Of a stretch of 39,445 bases of DNA, positions 9,138-18,145 are shown in pieces. Below the pieces are notes generated by a model. The model searched no databases. It saw nothing but the letters and a program-made list of their open reading frames with translations, and had not been told where the DNA came from. The DNA is from an uncultured Lentisphaerota bacterium (GTDB lineage Bacteria > Verrucomicrobiota > Kiritimatiellia > RFP12 > UBA1067), in assembly GCA_900320855.1 (NCBI GenBank), contig ONTV01000031.1, forward strand, positions 1 to 39,445. The letters are read 5' to 3'. Position numbers and translations under genes: made by a program. Each line of letters starts with the position of its first letter. Positions within the stretch are counted from its first letter, which is position 1.

Positions 9138-9147
9138 ATCCCGCAAT

Positions 9148-11457
9148 ATGAAAAACAAGAAAGTGTTTTTGGTGGCCGCCACAGTCCTGTGTGCGGCGGG
9201 TGTTTTTGCGGCGCATGAGGGCGGTCCCCCGCCCTATCCGAACTTTGGCCTGCCCCGCGTGGAAGAGATGATGTTCCTCGTCCTCCAGATCGGCGTCATC
9301 ATCTTTGCGGCGCGCGTGGGCGGCGCGATCGCGGCCTGCCTGAAGCTGCCGTCGATCCTCGGCGAACTCGCGGCCGGCATCGTGATCGGCCCGTGGGCCC
9401 TGGGCGGGCTTGGCTTTGGCGACGGCCTGTTTGCGGGCGGCCTCTTCCATGGCGCGGAGCTGCGCGCGATCGCGAAGGAGACGGGCCATGCGTTTGACGC
9501 GACGTCGCCCGCGCTCTACGGCATCGCGACGCTGGCCTCGGTCATCCTCCTCTTCCTGTCGGGCCTTGAGACGAACCTCAAGCTCTTTCTCCGCTACTCG
9601 TTCGTCGGCCTCATGGTCGGCCTCGGCGGCGTGATCGTCTCGTTCGTCTTCGGCGACCTCTGCGCGGTCTACCTGCTGCCGGAGTTCTTCGAGCACTTCG
9701 CGTACCTGAAGGGCCTGCCGCTCGCCGAGGCGATGACGAAGGAGGCGCCGCTCTACATGGGCATCATGGCCACGGCGACCTCGGTCGGCATCACGGCGCG
9801 CATCCTCTCCGAGAAGAAGCAGATGGATTCCGAGGAAGGCGTGACGATCATGGCGGGCGCCGTGATCGACGACGTCCTGGGCCTCATCGTGCTGGCGATC
9901 GGCAACGGCATCATCGTCGCGAACCACGCGGTGGCGAAGGCCGGCACGGCCGCTGGGGCGATGGACTGGGGCGCGATTGGCCTCGTCGCGCTCAAGGCGT
10001 TCGGCGTCTGGCTCGGCGCGACAGCGATCGGGCTTCTCGCGGCGCCCTGGATCGCGAAGTTCCTGAAGGCGGCGTTCAAGAACCCGGTCGTCATCGCGAC
10101 GATGGCGTTCGGCCTCGCGCTTGTCCTCGCCGGCTTCTTCGAGTTCATGGGGCTGGCGATGATCATCGGCGCGTACGTGATGGGCCTCGCGCTCTCGCGC
10201 ACGGACCTCAAGCACCCGATTCAGGAGATGCTCACGCCGGTCTACACGTTTCTCGTCCCGGTCTTCTTCTGCTCGATGGGCATGATGGTCGACGTCACGG
10301 CCCTCTGCTCGAAGCCCGTCCTCATCTTCGGCGGCATCTACACGGCGCTCTCCGTCGCGGCGAAGGTGATCGGCTGCATGGTGCCGTCGCTCTGCTGCGG
10401 CTTCAATCTCCTTGGCGGCCTTCGGATCGGCGCGGGCATGATGCCGCGCGGCGAAGTCGCGCTCATCATCGCGGGCCTCGGTCTTTCGAGCGGCTTCCTC
10501 ACGCAGGAGATCTTCGGCATCGGCATCCTGATGACGCTCGTCACGACGGTCGTCGCGCCGCCCGCGCTCGTCGGGCTCTTCGCGCCGAAGGCGAAGGGCG
10601 TGCGGCATCCGAAGCAGAGCCACGACAACTCGCGTCCCGTCGTCTTCGAGCTGCCGACGGCCGACATTGCCGCGCTCATGCTCGACAAGCTCGTCGCCGA
10701 GTTCCGCGACGAGGGCTTCTTCACGTCGCTCCTCTCGAAGGAGGACAGCATCTGGGAGATTGCGATGGACAACCTGGAGCTGTCCGTCCAGCGCGACAAG
10801 AACGTGATCACCGTCTCCTGCACACCCGCCGAGGAGGCGATCGTGATGACGGCGTGGATGGAGGTCGCCTCCGAGATGAACGACCTCGCCCGCCAGATCG
10901 CCAAGCCCATCCGCCGCGAAGACGTCAGCCGGATGCTGAAGGACGGCGACTCGACGGCGTCGGCGAACAAGCGCCACACGGGCGTCGGCCGCCATCTGAA
11001 GGACTTCGTGATGCTGCCGAAGTTCCGGGCCTCTTCGAAGAAGGAGGCGATCGAGAAGCTCATCGCCGAAATCGCGGCGGCGTGTCCGTCGCAGGTCAAG
11101 GACGTCGCCGCCGCGACGGCGGCCGTCCTGCGCCGCGAGGCCTCGATGCCGACTGGGCTTGACCACGGCATCGCCGTGCCGCACGGCCGCTGCGCGGAAG
11201 TGGACGGCATCGTCGGCGCGGTCGCGATCCTCGACAACGCGGGCACGGCGAACGGCTGCATCCCGGACTACGAGACGATCGACAACTCGCCGCTCGCGAT
11301 CATCGTTCTGACGATTGCGAACGACTCGACGCAGACGCCCTACCTGCAGCTGATGAGCTACATCTCGAAGGCGCTGCGCGGCGACTGCGGCTACGAGAAG
11401 CTTGCGCAGTGCACGACGGCGGACGAGATGCGCAAGTTCTTCCGCAGCGTGAAGTGA
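9148..11457 (+). CDS. CPA2 cation:proton antiporter fused to C-terminal PTS EIIA (Ntr/Fru-type) domain
   Basis: LPSILGELAAGIVIGP, ATSVGITARIL, AVIDDVLG, MMPRGEVAL; C-terminal RREASMPTGLDHGIAVPHG EIIA signature. Confidence 0.85.
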   Translation: MKNKKVFLVAATVLCAAGVFAAHEGGPPPYPNFGLPRVEEMMFLVLQIGVIIFAARVGGAIAACLKLPSILGELAAGIVIGPWALGGLGFGDGLFAGGLFHGAELRAIAKETGHAFDATSPALYGIATLASVILLFLSGLETNLKLFLRYSFVGLMVGLGGVIVSFVFGDLCAVYLLPEFFEHFAYLKGLPLAEAMTKEAPLYMGIMATATSVGITARILSEKKQMDSEEGVTIMAGAVIDDVLGLIVLAIGNGIIVANHAVAKAGTAAGAMDWGAIGLVALKAFGVWLGATAIGLLAAPWIAKFLKAAFKNPVVIATMAFGLALVLAGFFEFMGLAMIIGAYVMGLALSRTDLKHPIQEMLTPVYTFLVPVFFCSMGMMVDVTALCSKPVLIFGGIYTALSVAAKVIGCMVPSLCCGFNLLGGLRIGAGMMPRGEVALIIAGLGLSSGFLTQEIFGIGILMTLVTTVVAPPALVGLFAPKAKGVRHPKQSHDNSRPVVFELPTADIAALMLDKLVAEFRDEGFFTSLLSKEDSIWEIAMDNLELSVQRDKNVITVSCTPAEEAIVMTAWMEVASEMNDLARQIAKPIRREDVSRMLKDGDSTASANKRHTGVGRHLKDFVMLPKFRASSKKEAIEKLIAEIAAACPSQVKDVAAATAAVLRREASMPTGLDHGIAVPHGRCAEVDGIVGAVAILDNAGTANGCIPDYETIDNSPLAIIVLTIANDSTQTPYLQLMSYISKALRGDCGYEKLAQCTTADEMRKFFRSVK

Positions 11458-12866
11458 CGCGCGCTTTGACGATAGCTGCCATTGCGACCGCCCCCGGCCC
11501 TGCCGGCGTGGCGGTCGTTCGCGTCTCCGGGCCGGAGGCGTTGGCCATCGCCGCGCGCCTGACCGGCACGCCCGTGACGCGGCGCGGCCTCTATTTTCGC
11601 AAGATCTACGCGGCGGCGGACAAAGGACCGCGGGCGTCCGACAGCGGCGCGGCGCGGGGCGGCGTGATTGATGAGGCGGTCGTGCTTGCGTTCCGGGCGC
11701 CGCAGTCCTATACGGGCGAGGACGTGGTCGAGTTCCAGTGCCACGGCGGCGCGGTCACGCCGCGTCGCATCCTGGAGGCCTGCCTGGCCGCCGGCGCGCG
11801 GCTGGCGCGACGCGGCGAGTTCACGGAGCGCGCGTTCCTGAACGGACGGCTCGACTACGATCAGGCCGAGAGCGTTCTCGACCTCATTCAGGCGAAGACG
11901 GCGCGGGCGGCGGATGCCGCGTTGGATGGCCTGGCCGGACGGCGCACACGGGCGAACCGCGCGCTCTACGACCAGGCGCTCGCGCTTTCGTCCGAGCTTG
12001 AGCATGCGCTCGACATTGACGAGGGCGAGCTGCCGGACTCGTTCTTCGCGGGCATTCGGTCGTCGCTGGCCGCGCTCGCCGCCGCGCTGGACGCGGCGGC
12101 CGTGCGCGTGCGCGAGGGACGGATCCTGCGCGACGGCGCGCGTGTCGTCCTGGCCGGGCCGCCGAACGCGGGCAAGAGTTCGCTCCTGAACGCCCTGTTG
12201 GGCGAGAGCCGCGCGATCGTGAGCGACGTGCCGGGCACGACGCGCGACGCGGTCGAGGCATGGCTCGACCTCGACGGTTGGCCCGTCCGGCTTGTGGACA
12301 CGGCGGGTTTGCGCGCGACGGGCGACGCCATCGAGGCCGAAGGCGTGGCGCGCGCGGAGAAGCTGATCGCCGACGCGGACGTGGTGGTGATGCTCGGAGG
12401 GGGAGAAGGAGTAAGGAGTAAGGAGAAAGGAGTAAGTAGTTCTCCTTGCTCCTTATTAATTTCCGTTCATGCCAAGTGCGACTTGGGGCGCGGCGACGGG
12501 CTGAACGTCTCGGCGAAGACGGGCGAGGGGCTGGTGGAACTCAAGCGGGCGATCGTCGCCGCGCTGGAGACGCGGGCGGCGTCCGCCGCCGCCGAGTCGT
12601 CGTCCGACACGCCCGACGACCGAACGCTTGCCGTCCTGTACGACGCGCGCGCGTGTCTTGCGCCGTTCCTCGACGGGCGGCCTGTCCTGTGCGACGCGCG
12701 CGCGCGCGTCGAGCCTCCTCTGTGCACGGGCGGCCCGGCCCTCGACCTCGTGCTCGCGGGGAACGCCGTGCGCGGCGTCGCCGAGCGGCTGGGCGAACTC
12801 GTCGGCGCGACGTATTCCGCCGACTTGCTCGACAACCTCTTCTCGCGCTTCTGCGTCGGCAAGTGA
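11454..12866 (+). CDS. mnmE: tRNA modification GTPase MnmE
   Basis: TIAAIATAPG, SYTGEDVVEFQCHGG, GPPNAGKSSL, GTTRD, DTAG, C-terminal FCVGK; likely GTG start overlapping the upstream stop (GTGA). Confidence 0.95.
   Translation: MTRALTIAAIATAPGPAGVAVVRVSGPEALAIAARLTGTPVTRRGLYFRKIYAAADKGPRASDSGAARGGVIDEAVVLAFRAPQSYTGEDVVEFQCHGGAVTPRRILEACLAAGARLARRGEFTERAFLNGRLDYDQAESVLDLIQAKTARAADAALDGLAGRRTRANRALYDQALALSSELEHALDIDEGELPDSFFAGIRSSLAALAAALDAAAVRVREGRILRDGARVVLAGPPNAGKSSLLNALLGESRAIVSDVPGTTRDAVEAWLDLDGWPVRLVDTAGLRATGDAIEAEGVARAEKLIADADVVVMLGGGEGVRSKEKGVSSSPCSLLISVHAKCDLGRGDGLNVSAKTGEGLVELKRAIVAALETRAASAAAESSSDTPDDRTLAVLYDARACLAPFLDGRPVLCDARARVEPPLCTGGPALDLVLAGNAVRGVAERLGELVGATYSADLLDNLFSRFCVGK
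12400..12455 (+). repeat. AGGAGTA-family heptamer array with inverted copy, in frame in mnmE
   Basis: aggagta aggagta aggagaa aggagta agtagtt followed by ctccttg ctcctta. Confidence 0.8.
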
Positions 12867-12895
12867 CCGGCGCGCGTGGGCCGTTTCTTGTCTTC

Positions 12896-12940
12896 CATAC
12901 AATTATCGATATTGTATGCAGAGCGGCCTTCTGCTAGAAT
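12896..12940 (+). promoter_or_regulatory. pdxS promoter with overlapping inverted-repeat operator candidate
   Basis: CATACAAT-N7-ATTGTATG; TTGTAT (12912-17), 17-nt spacer, TGnTAGAAT (12935-40). Confidence 0.6.
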
Positions 12941-12997
12941 ACGCGCCGTTGTCCGCCGAAGGGGCGGACGTGACGAAAGGAAGGAGCGACAGAAGAA

Positions 12998-13873
12998 ATG
13001 GCAGAAGACCGGCAGACCCTCAACCGTAACTTGGCGCAGATGCTCAAGGGCGGCGTGATCATGGACGTGACGACGCCCGAGCAGGCGAAGATCGCGCAGG
13101 ACGCGGGCGCGTGCGCCGTCATGGCGCTTGAGCGCATTCCCGCCGACATCCGCGCGGCCGGCGGCGTGAGCCGCATGAGCGATCCGGCGATGATTCGCGG
13201 CATCCAGGAGGCCGTCACGATTCCCGTCATGGCGAAGTGCCGCATCGGCCACGTCGCCGAGGCGCGCATTCTGGAGGCGATCGAGATCGACTACATCGAC
13301 GAGAGCGAAGTCCTCTCGCCGGCCGACGACCTCTACCACATCGACAAGGCGGCCTTCAAGGTGCCGTTCGTCTGCGGCGCGCGCGACCTCGGCGAGGCCC
13401 TCCGCCGCATTGGCGAGGGCGCGACGATGATCCGCACGAAGGGCGAGCCGGGCACGGGTGACGTCGTGCAGGCCGTCCGCCACATGCGCAAGATGCAGGC
13501 CGAGATCCGTCGGATCGCCGCGTTGCGCGAGGACGAGCTCAACGAGGCGGCGAAGGAGCTCGCCGCGCCGCTCGACCTCGTGCGCGAGGTGCATCGCCTC
13601 GGCAAGCTCCCCGTCGTCAACTTCGCGGCGGGCGGCGTCGCGACCCCGGCGGACGCCGCGCTCATGATGGAGCTGGGCGCCGAGGGCGTGTTCGTCGGCT
13701 CCGGCATCTTCAAGAGCGGCGACCCTGCGAAGCGCGCGGCGGCGATCGTCCAGGCCGTCACGAACTGGCAGGACGCCGCCTTGCTCGCGAAGCTGAGCGA
13801 GAACCTCGGCCCGGCGATGGTCGGCATCAACGCCGACGAGATCGAGACGATCATGGAAGAGCGGGGGAAGTGA
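12998..13873 (+). CDS. pdxS: pyridoxal 5'-phosphate synthase lyase subunit
   Basis: [44 protein letters not shown]. Confidence 0.97.
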   Translation: MAEDRQTLNRNLAQMLKGGVIMDVTTPEQAKIAQDAGACAVMALERIPADIRAAGGVSRMSDPAMIRGIQEAVTIPVMAKCRIGHVAEARILEAIEIDYIDESEVLSPADDLYHIDKAAFKVPFVCGARDLGEALRRIGEGATMIRTKGEPGTGDVVQAVRHMRKMQAEIRRIAALREDELNEAAKELAAPLDLVREVHRLGKLPVVNFAAGGVATPADAALMMELGAEGVFVGSGIFKSGDPAKRAAAIVQAVTNWQDAALLAKLSENLGPAMVGINADEIETIMEERGK

Positions 13874-13874
13874 G

Positions 13875-14450
13875 ATGCGCGTCGGCGTTCTCGCGGTGCA
13901 GGGCGCGTTCGTCGAACACGAACGCGCCTTTGCGGACGTCGGGGCGGAGACGTTCGAGATTCGCCAGACGCGCGACCTCGCGCGTCCGTTCGATGCCCTC
14001 GTCCTCCCCGGCGGCGAATCGACGACGCAGGGCAAGCTCCTCAAGGACCTCGGGCTCTTCGCGCCGCTGAAGGCGCGGATCGAGGCGGGGCTGCCCGTCT
14101 TTGCGACGTGCGCGGGCCTTATCCTGCTCGCGGAACGGCTCATGGGCGACCCGACCGTCTGGTTCGGCGTCCTGCCCGTGACCGTGCAGCGCAATGCCTA
14201 CGGCCGCCAGCTCGGCAGCTTCGCGGCGATGCGCGCGGGCGGCGCGGGCGGTGGCGAAGGGTTGGACGACCGTGTGCCGATGGCCTTCATCCGCGCGCCG
14301 GCGATCGTCGACGTCGCCCCGGACGTCGAGATCCTGTCCCTGCACGGCGGGCGCCCGACGGCCGTCCGCTGGCGGAACGTCTGGGCCTTCGCCGGACACC
14401 CCGAGCTGACGGACGACCGTCAGGTCTTCGAGGCCTTCTGCCGGCGGTAG
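13875..14450 (+). CDS. pdxT: pyridoxal 5'-phosphate synthase glutaminase subunit
   Basis: GVLAVQGAF, PGGEST, TCAGLIL, RNAYGRQLGSF, FIRAP, HPELT. Confidence 0.95.
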   Translation: MRVGVLAVQGAFVEHERAFADVGAETFEIRQTRDLARPFDALVLPGGESTTQGKLLKDLGLFAPLKARIEAGLPVFATCAGLILLAERLMGDPTVWFGVLPVTVQRNAYGRQLGSFAAMRAGGAGGGEGLDDRVPMAFIRAPAIVDVAPDVEILSLHGGRPTAVRWRNVWAFAGHPELTDDRQVFEAFCRR

Positions 14451-14476
14451 CGGCAGTTGTGGTATAATACGGTCCC

Positions 14477-15859
14477 ATGCGGCAGATGTCGTTGATTGAA
14501 GGGGCCTTGGGGGGCGACGCGCCGGCGGCGCCCGAGCCGCTGGCCGCGCGGATGCGTCCGCGCGACCTCTCGGAGTTCGTCGGGCAAGAGCATCTCGTCG
14601 GCGAGGGGAAGATCCTCCGCCAGATGATCGAGCGCGACCAGGTGCCGTCCATGATTCTCTGGGGCCCGCCCGGCGTCGGCAAGACGACGCTCGCGAACGT
14701 GGTCGCGAACCTCACGAAGGCCGAGTTCGTCAACTACTCGGCCGTGACGAGCGGGATCAAGGAAATCAAGGAGATCATGGCGCGCGCCGAATCGGGCCGC
14801 CGCGTCGGCCTCCGCACCGTCCTCTTCGTGGATGAGATCCACCGCTTCAACAAGGCGCAGCAGGACGCGTTCCTGCCTTTCGTCGAGCAGGGCTCGATCG
14901 TCCTCATCGGCGCGACGACGGAGAATCCGAGCTTCGAGGTCAACTCGGCGCTCCTCTCGCGCTGCAAGGTGTTCGTCCTCAAGGGCCTGTCCGAGGCCGA
15001 CCTCGTCAAGCTCCTGCGCCGCGCGCTGACGAGCGCACGCGGCTTCGGCAAGCTGGACGTGCAGGCGAGCGACGGGACGCTCGCGAAGATCGCGGTCTAC
15101 GCGAACGGCGACGCGCGCAACGCGCTCGGCACGCTTGAGACGGCCGTCGCGAACGCGGCGTTCGACGCGGCGGGGCGGCCGACGATCACGGAGGACGTCC
15201 TTGCGCAGGTCGTGAGCCGCAAGGCGCTCCTCTACGACAAGAACGGCGAAGAGCATTACAACGTCATCTCGGCCCTGCACAAGTCGATGCGCAACTCCGA
15301 TCCGGACGCGGCCGTCTACTGGCTCGCGCGGATGCTGGAGGGCGGGGAAGACCCGCTCTACATCGCGCGGCGGTGCGTCCGTTTCGCGAGCGAGGACGTG
15401 GGGCTCGCCGACCCGAACGCGCTTCTCCTGGCGAACGCCGTCTGGGACGCCTGCCACAATCTCGGCGTGCCCGAGTGCGGCGTGCACCTGACGCAGATCG
15501 TCGTCTACCTTGCCCTGGCGCCGAAGTCGAACGCGATGGAGGAGGCGTACAACCGCGCGGCGGCGGACGCGCAGAAGATGATGGCCGAGCCGGTGCCGCT
15601 CCAGATCCGCAACGCGCCGACGCGACTCATGAAGAGCCTCGACTACGGCAAGGGCTATGTCTACGCGCACGACACGGACGAGAAGATTGCGCGGATGAGC
15701 TGCCTGCCGGACGCGCTCGCGGGCCGCCGCTACTACACGCCGGCGGGGCTTGGGCGCGAGGCGAACCTCAAGGCGCGCCTTGCCGCCGTGCGCGACTGGC
15801 GTGAAGGGCGCACGAACGTGCCGCCGTTCGCCTCGCCTGCCTATGCCGCCCGCGCCTGA
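14477..15859 (+). CDS. rarA: replication-associated recombination protein A (AAA+ ATPase)
   Basis: PLAARMRP, WGPPGVGKTT, DEIHRFNKAQQD, ISALHKSMRNSDPDA; TGGTATAAT 8 nt upstream. Confidence 0.95.
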   Translation: MRQMSLIEGALGGDAPAAPEPLAARMRPRDLSEFVGQEHLVGEGKILRQMIERDQVPSMILWGPPGVGKTTLANVVANLTKAEFVNYSAVTSGIKEIKEIMARAESGRRVGLRTVLFVDEIHRFNKAQQDAFLPFVEQGSIVLIGATTENPSFEVNSALLSRCKVFVLKGLSEADLVKLLRRALTSARGFGKLDVQASDGTLAKIAVYANGDARNALGTLETAVANAAFDAAGRPTITEDVLAQVVSRKALLYDKNGEEHYNVISALHKSMRNSDPDAAVYWLARMLEGGEDPLYIARRCVRFASEDVGLADPNALLLANAVWDACHNLGVPECGVHLTQIVVYLALAPKSNAMEEAYNRAAADAQKMMAEPVPLQIRNAPTRLMKSLDYGKGYVYAHDTDEKIARMSCLPDALAGRRYYTPAGLGREANLKARLAAVRDWREGRTNVPPFASPAYAARA

Positions 15860-15870
15860 CGGGTCATCGG

Positions 15871-15907
15871 CCTTGCAGCCTCGCGCGACCCCCGCGAGGC
15901 CGCAGGG
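15871..15907 (+). terminator. GC-rich hairpin after rarA (no U tract)
   Basis: ccttgcagcctcgcg / cgcgaggccgcaggg imperfect 15-bp stem. Confidence 0.35.
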
Positions 15908-15967
15908 CTGTCGTCGCCGCGTGGGCGGTAGGCACACGGACGAATTTATGGTATAATTCGCGCCTGA

Positions 15968-16531
15968 ATGAAGCTTCGCCTTTTCCTTTCGTTTTCCGCC
16001 TGCATGGCTCTGCGGCTGTTGGCCGCCGAGTCCTTGCTGTCGGCGATGGATGCGGGCGAGGCAGCTCCCGCGAAGCCGGCGGCGACGCGCCTGGCGCGCA
16101 TCACGTCCGACTCGACGTACTACGACCGCAAGGAGGGGATGGCCGTCTTCACGGGGCATGTCCACGTCGACGACGAGCAGTACCAGATGCATGCGGACAA
16201 GGCGTACGTCTTCATGACGACGACGAATACGCTGAAGCGCATCGTCGCGATCGGGAACGTCGCGCTGACGAACGAGATGAAGCGCGCCTACGGGACGAAG
16301 GCGTCGTACTACAAGGGAAGCGGCATGGTCGTCCTCTATGGCGGCGACGGCCAGAATGCGGAGATCGTTGATGCGTCGAAGGGCCAGAACCAGACGCTGC
16401 GCGGCACGAAGATCAAGTTCTGGATCGACTCCGAGCAGGCGGAGGTCCTCGATGCGACGATCGTTGCGCCGGTTTCGGGCGGTGGCTCGACGGGGCTGGG
16501 CGACGTCATTCGCGGGGGGCTGGGGCGCTGA
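15968..16531 (+). CDS. LptA/OstA-family beta-jellyroll periplasmic protein
   Basis: Signal peptide; ITSDSTYYD, AVFTGHVHV, MHADK, IVAIGNV, LRGTKIKF pattern. Confidence 0.75.
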   Translation: MKLRLFLSFSACMALRLLAAESLLSAMDAGEAAPAKPAATRLARITSDSTYYDRKEGMAVFTGHVHVDDEQYQMHADKAYVFMTTTNTLKRIVAIGNVALTNEMKRAYGTKASYYKGSGMVVLYGGDGQNAEIVDASKGQNQTLRGTKIKFWIDSEQAEVLDATIVAPVSGGGSTGLGDVIRGGLGR

Positions 16532-16636
16532 CGGGCGCGTGACTGTTGCAGAGCCGTGCGGCGAAATGCTATAATGTGCGAAATCCTCAAAACAAGAGAT
16601 TCGGACCTCCAACCAAAACAAACCTATAGGAGTTGC

Positions 16637-17537
16637 ATGAAGAAGCTGATGGCCGCTGTGTGCGCGGTGTCGTTGTTGTCCGTTTTCGCTGAAGAAAAGA
16701 AGGGCGAGGCTGAGAAGGTCGAAACCGAGCAGTCGAGTTTCCTCACGGTCTGGGGCTTTGGAAACTACGGGCTCTATTCGGGCTATCAGCTCTATGGGTC
16801 GCTCGTGAACGACAACCCGACGCTTCAGGGCTACATCGACGCGAACGTCAGCATCGGCGACTTTGGCTACATCGGCGTCGGTCTCTGGTCGAATACGGAT
16901 CTGACGCCCCGCCGCCGCGACAACGATCTTGGCCAGGCGTTCAACGAGTACGATCCGAACGTCCACTTCGGGCGCACGTTCTGGTTTGACGAAGACAGGA
17001 CCTGGGGCCTCGACTGGCGTTCGACGGTCGTGTGGTTCTACTATCCGCCGAAGAACTACCATGGAGCGACGCATACCCACACGACATGGGACTTTGACCA
17101 CAGCCTCGCGCTCGTGAACCCCTACGTCGTGCCGTACGTCACGGTCGTGCGCGAATACTCGAAGGGCGCGAACCTCCTGATCTTTGGCCTCAAGAAGACG
17201 GTGGCCGTCGATGACGGGCTTTCGCTGACGCCGTACGTCGAGGGCATCTGGCGCGAGTCGCAGTACAACTGGTGCTTCCCGACGGCGTTCGACAACGAGG
17301 TCGGCGGCATCCGCCACGCCAATTCGGGCATTGCCACGATGAAGCTTGGCCTGGACGCCAACTACCAGATCAGCGAGCACTTCGGGCTCTTCGCGAAGGT
17401 CGCCTACTGCTGCGTCGTCGATCCGGATCTCCGCGACAACTGCGACGCGATCCGCTCGATGCCCTACAGCTGGTACAGCTACGGCTCGCGCAAGGACTTC
17501 GCGTGGGGGTGGCGTCGGCGTGACGTTCAACTTCTAA
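16637..17537 (+). CDS. outer-membrane beta-barrel protein with apparent +1 frameshift near the C-terminus
   Basis: AGGAG SD, signal peptide, aromatic-rich amphipathic strands; removing one G from 17505-17509 restores ...FAWGGVGVTFNF* (stop 17535-37); as sequenced the ORF ends at 17557. Confidence 0.7.
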
Positions 17538-17611
17538 ACGATTTCGTGCTTGGATGAAGAGGGCGGGTGCTTTCGCGTTCAGGTGCAAAAAAGAAAACAA
17601 GGAAAGATCAG

Positions 17612-17962
17612 ATGGAAATCTATGTTGGTAACCTCGCGTACGCGACGACCGACGACGGCCTGAAGGCGGCGTTTGCGCCATTCGGCGAAGTTACCGCCGT
17701 TCGCGTTGTCACCGATCGCATGACCGGTCGCAGCAAGGGATTCGGCTTCGTCACGATGCCCGACGCCGCTCAGGCGCAGGCTGCGATTGACGCGCTGAAC
17801 GGACATGAGCTCGACGGGCGCACCGTGCGCGTCAACGAGTCGCAGCCCAAGCCCCGCGAAGAGCGCGAGGGCGGCTTCCGCGGCGGTCGCGGCGGCTTCG
17901 GCGGTGGCCGTGGCGGCTTCCGCGGCGGTGATCGCGGCCCGCGTCGCGAAACCCGCTGGTAA
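17612..17962 (+). CDS. RRM RNA-binding protein with RGG-rich tail
   Basis: RNP2 IYVGNL, RNP1 KGFGFVTM, RGGRGGFGGGRGG. Confidence 0.95.
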   Translation: MEIYVGNLAYATTDDGLKAAFAPFGEVTAVRVVTDRMTGRSKGFGFVTMPDAAQAQAAIDALNGHELDGRTVRVNESQPKPREEREGGFRGGRGGFGGGRGGFRGGDRGPRRETRW

Positions 17963-17984
17963 TCGAGAGATTGCCATCCAAGCG

Positions 17985-18016
17985 AAAGGGGCACGGCCAG
18001 TCGGCCGTGCCTTTTT
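17985..18016 (+). terminator. Rho-independent terminator
   Basis: ggcacggcc-agtc-ggccgtgcc followed by TTTTT. Confidence 0.85.
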
Positions 18017-18027
18017 GCCTCGCCGCT

Positions 18028-18056
18028 TTGCAAGGTCGGCGGAAGTCTGCTATACT
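18028..18056 (+). promoter_or_regulatory. sigma70-type promoter
   Basis: TTGCAA, 17-nt spacer, TGnTATACT. Confidence 0.65.
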
Positions 18057-18145
18057 ACGCACAATACGGGCAGGTGCGCTTTGGCGCTGGTCTGGCGGCG
18101 GGTGCCGCCGGGACGCGGAGCGGCACGGCCACCGGGACTAGACAG

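Noticed and set aside
17870-17935. GGCGGC-type repeats in the RRM gene
   Set aside because: Ordinary codon-level repeats encoding an RGG/Gly-rich tail.
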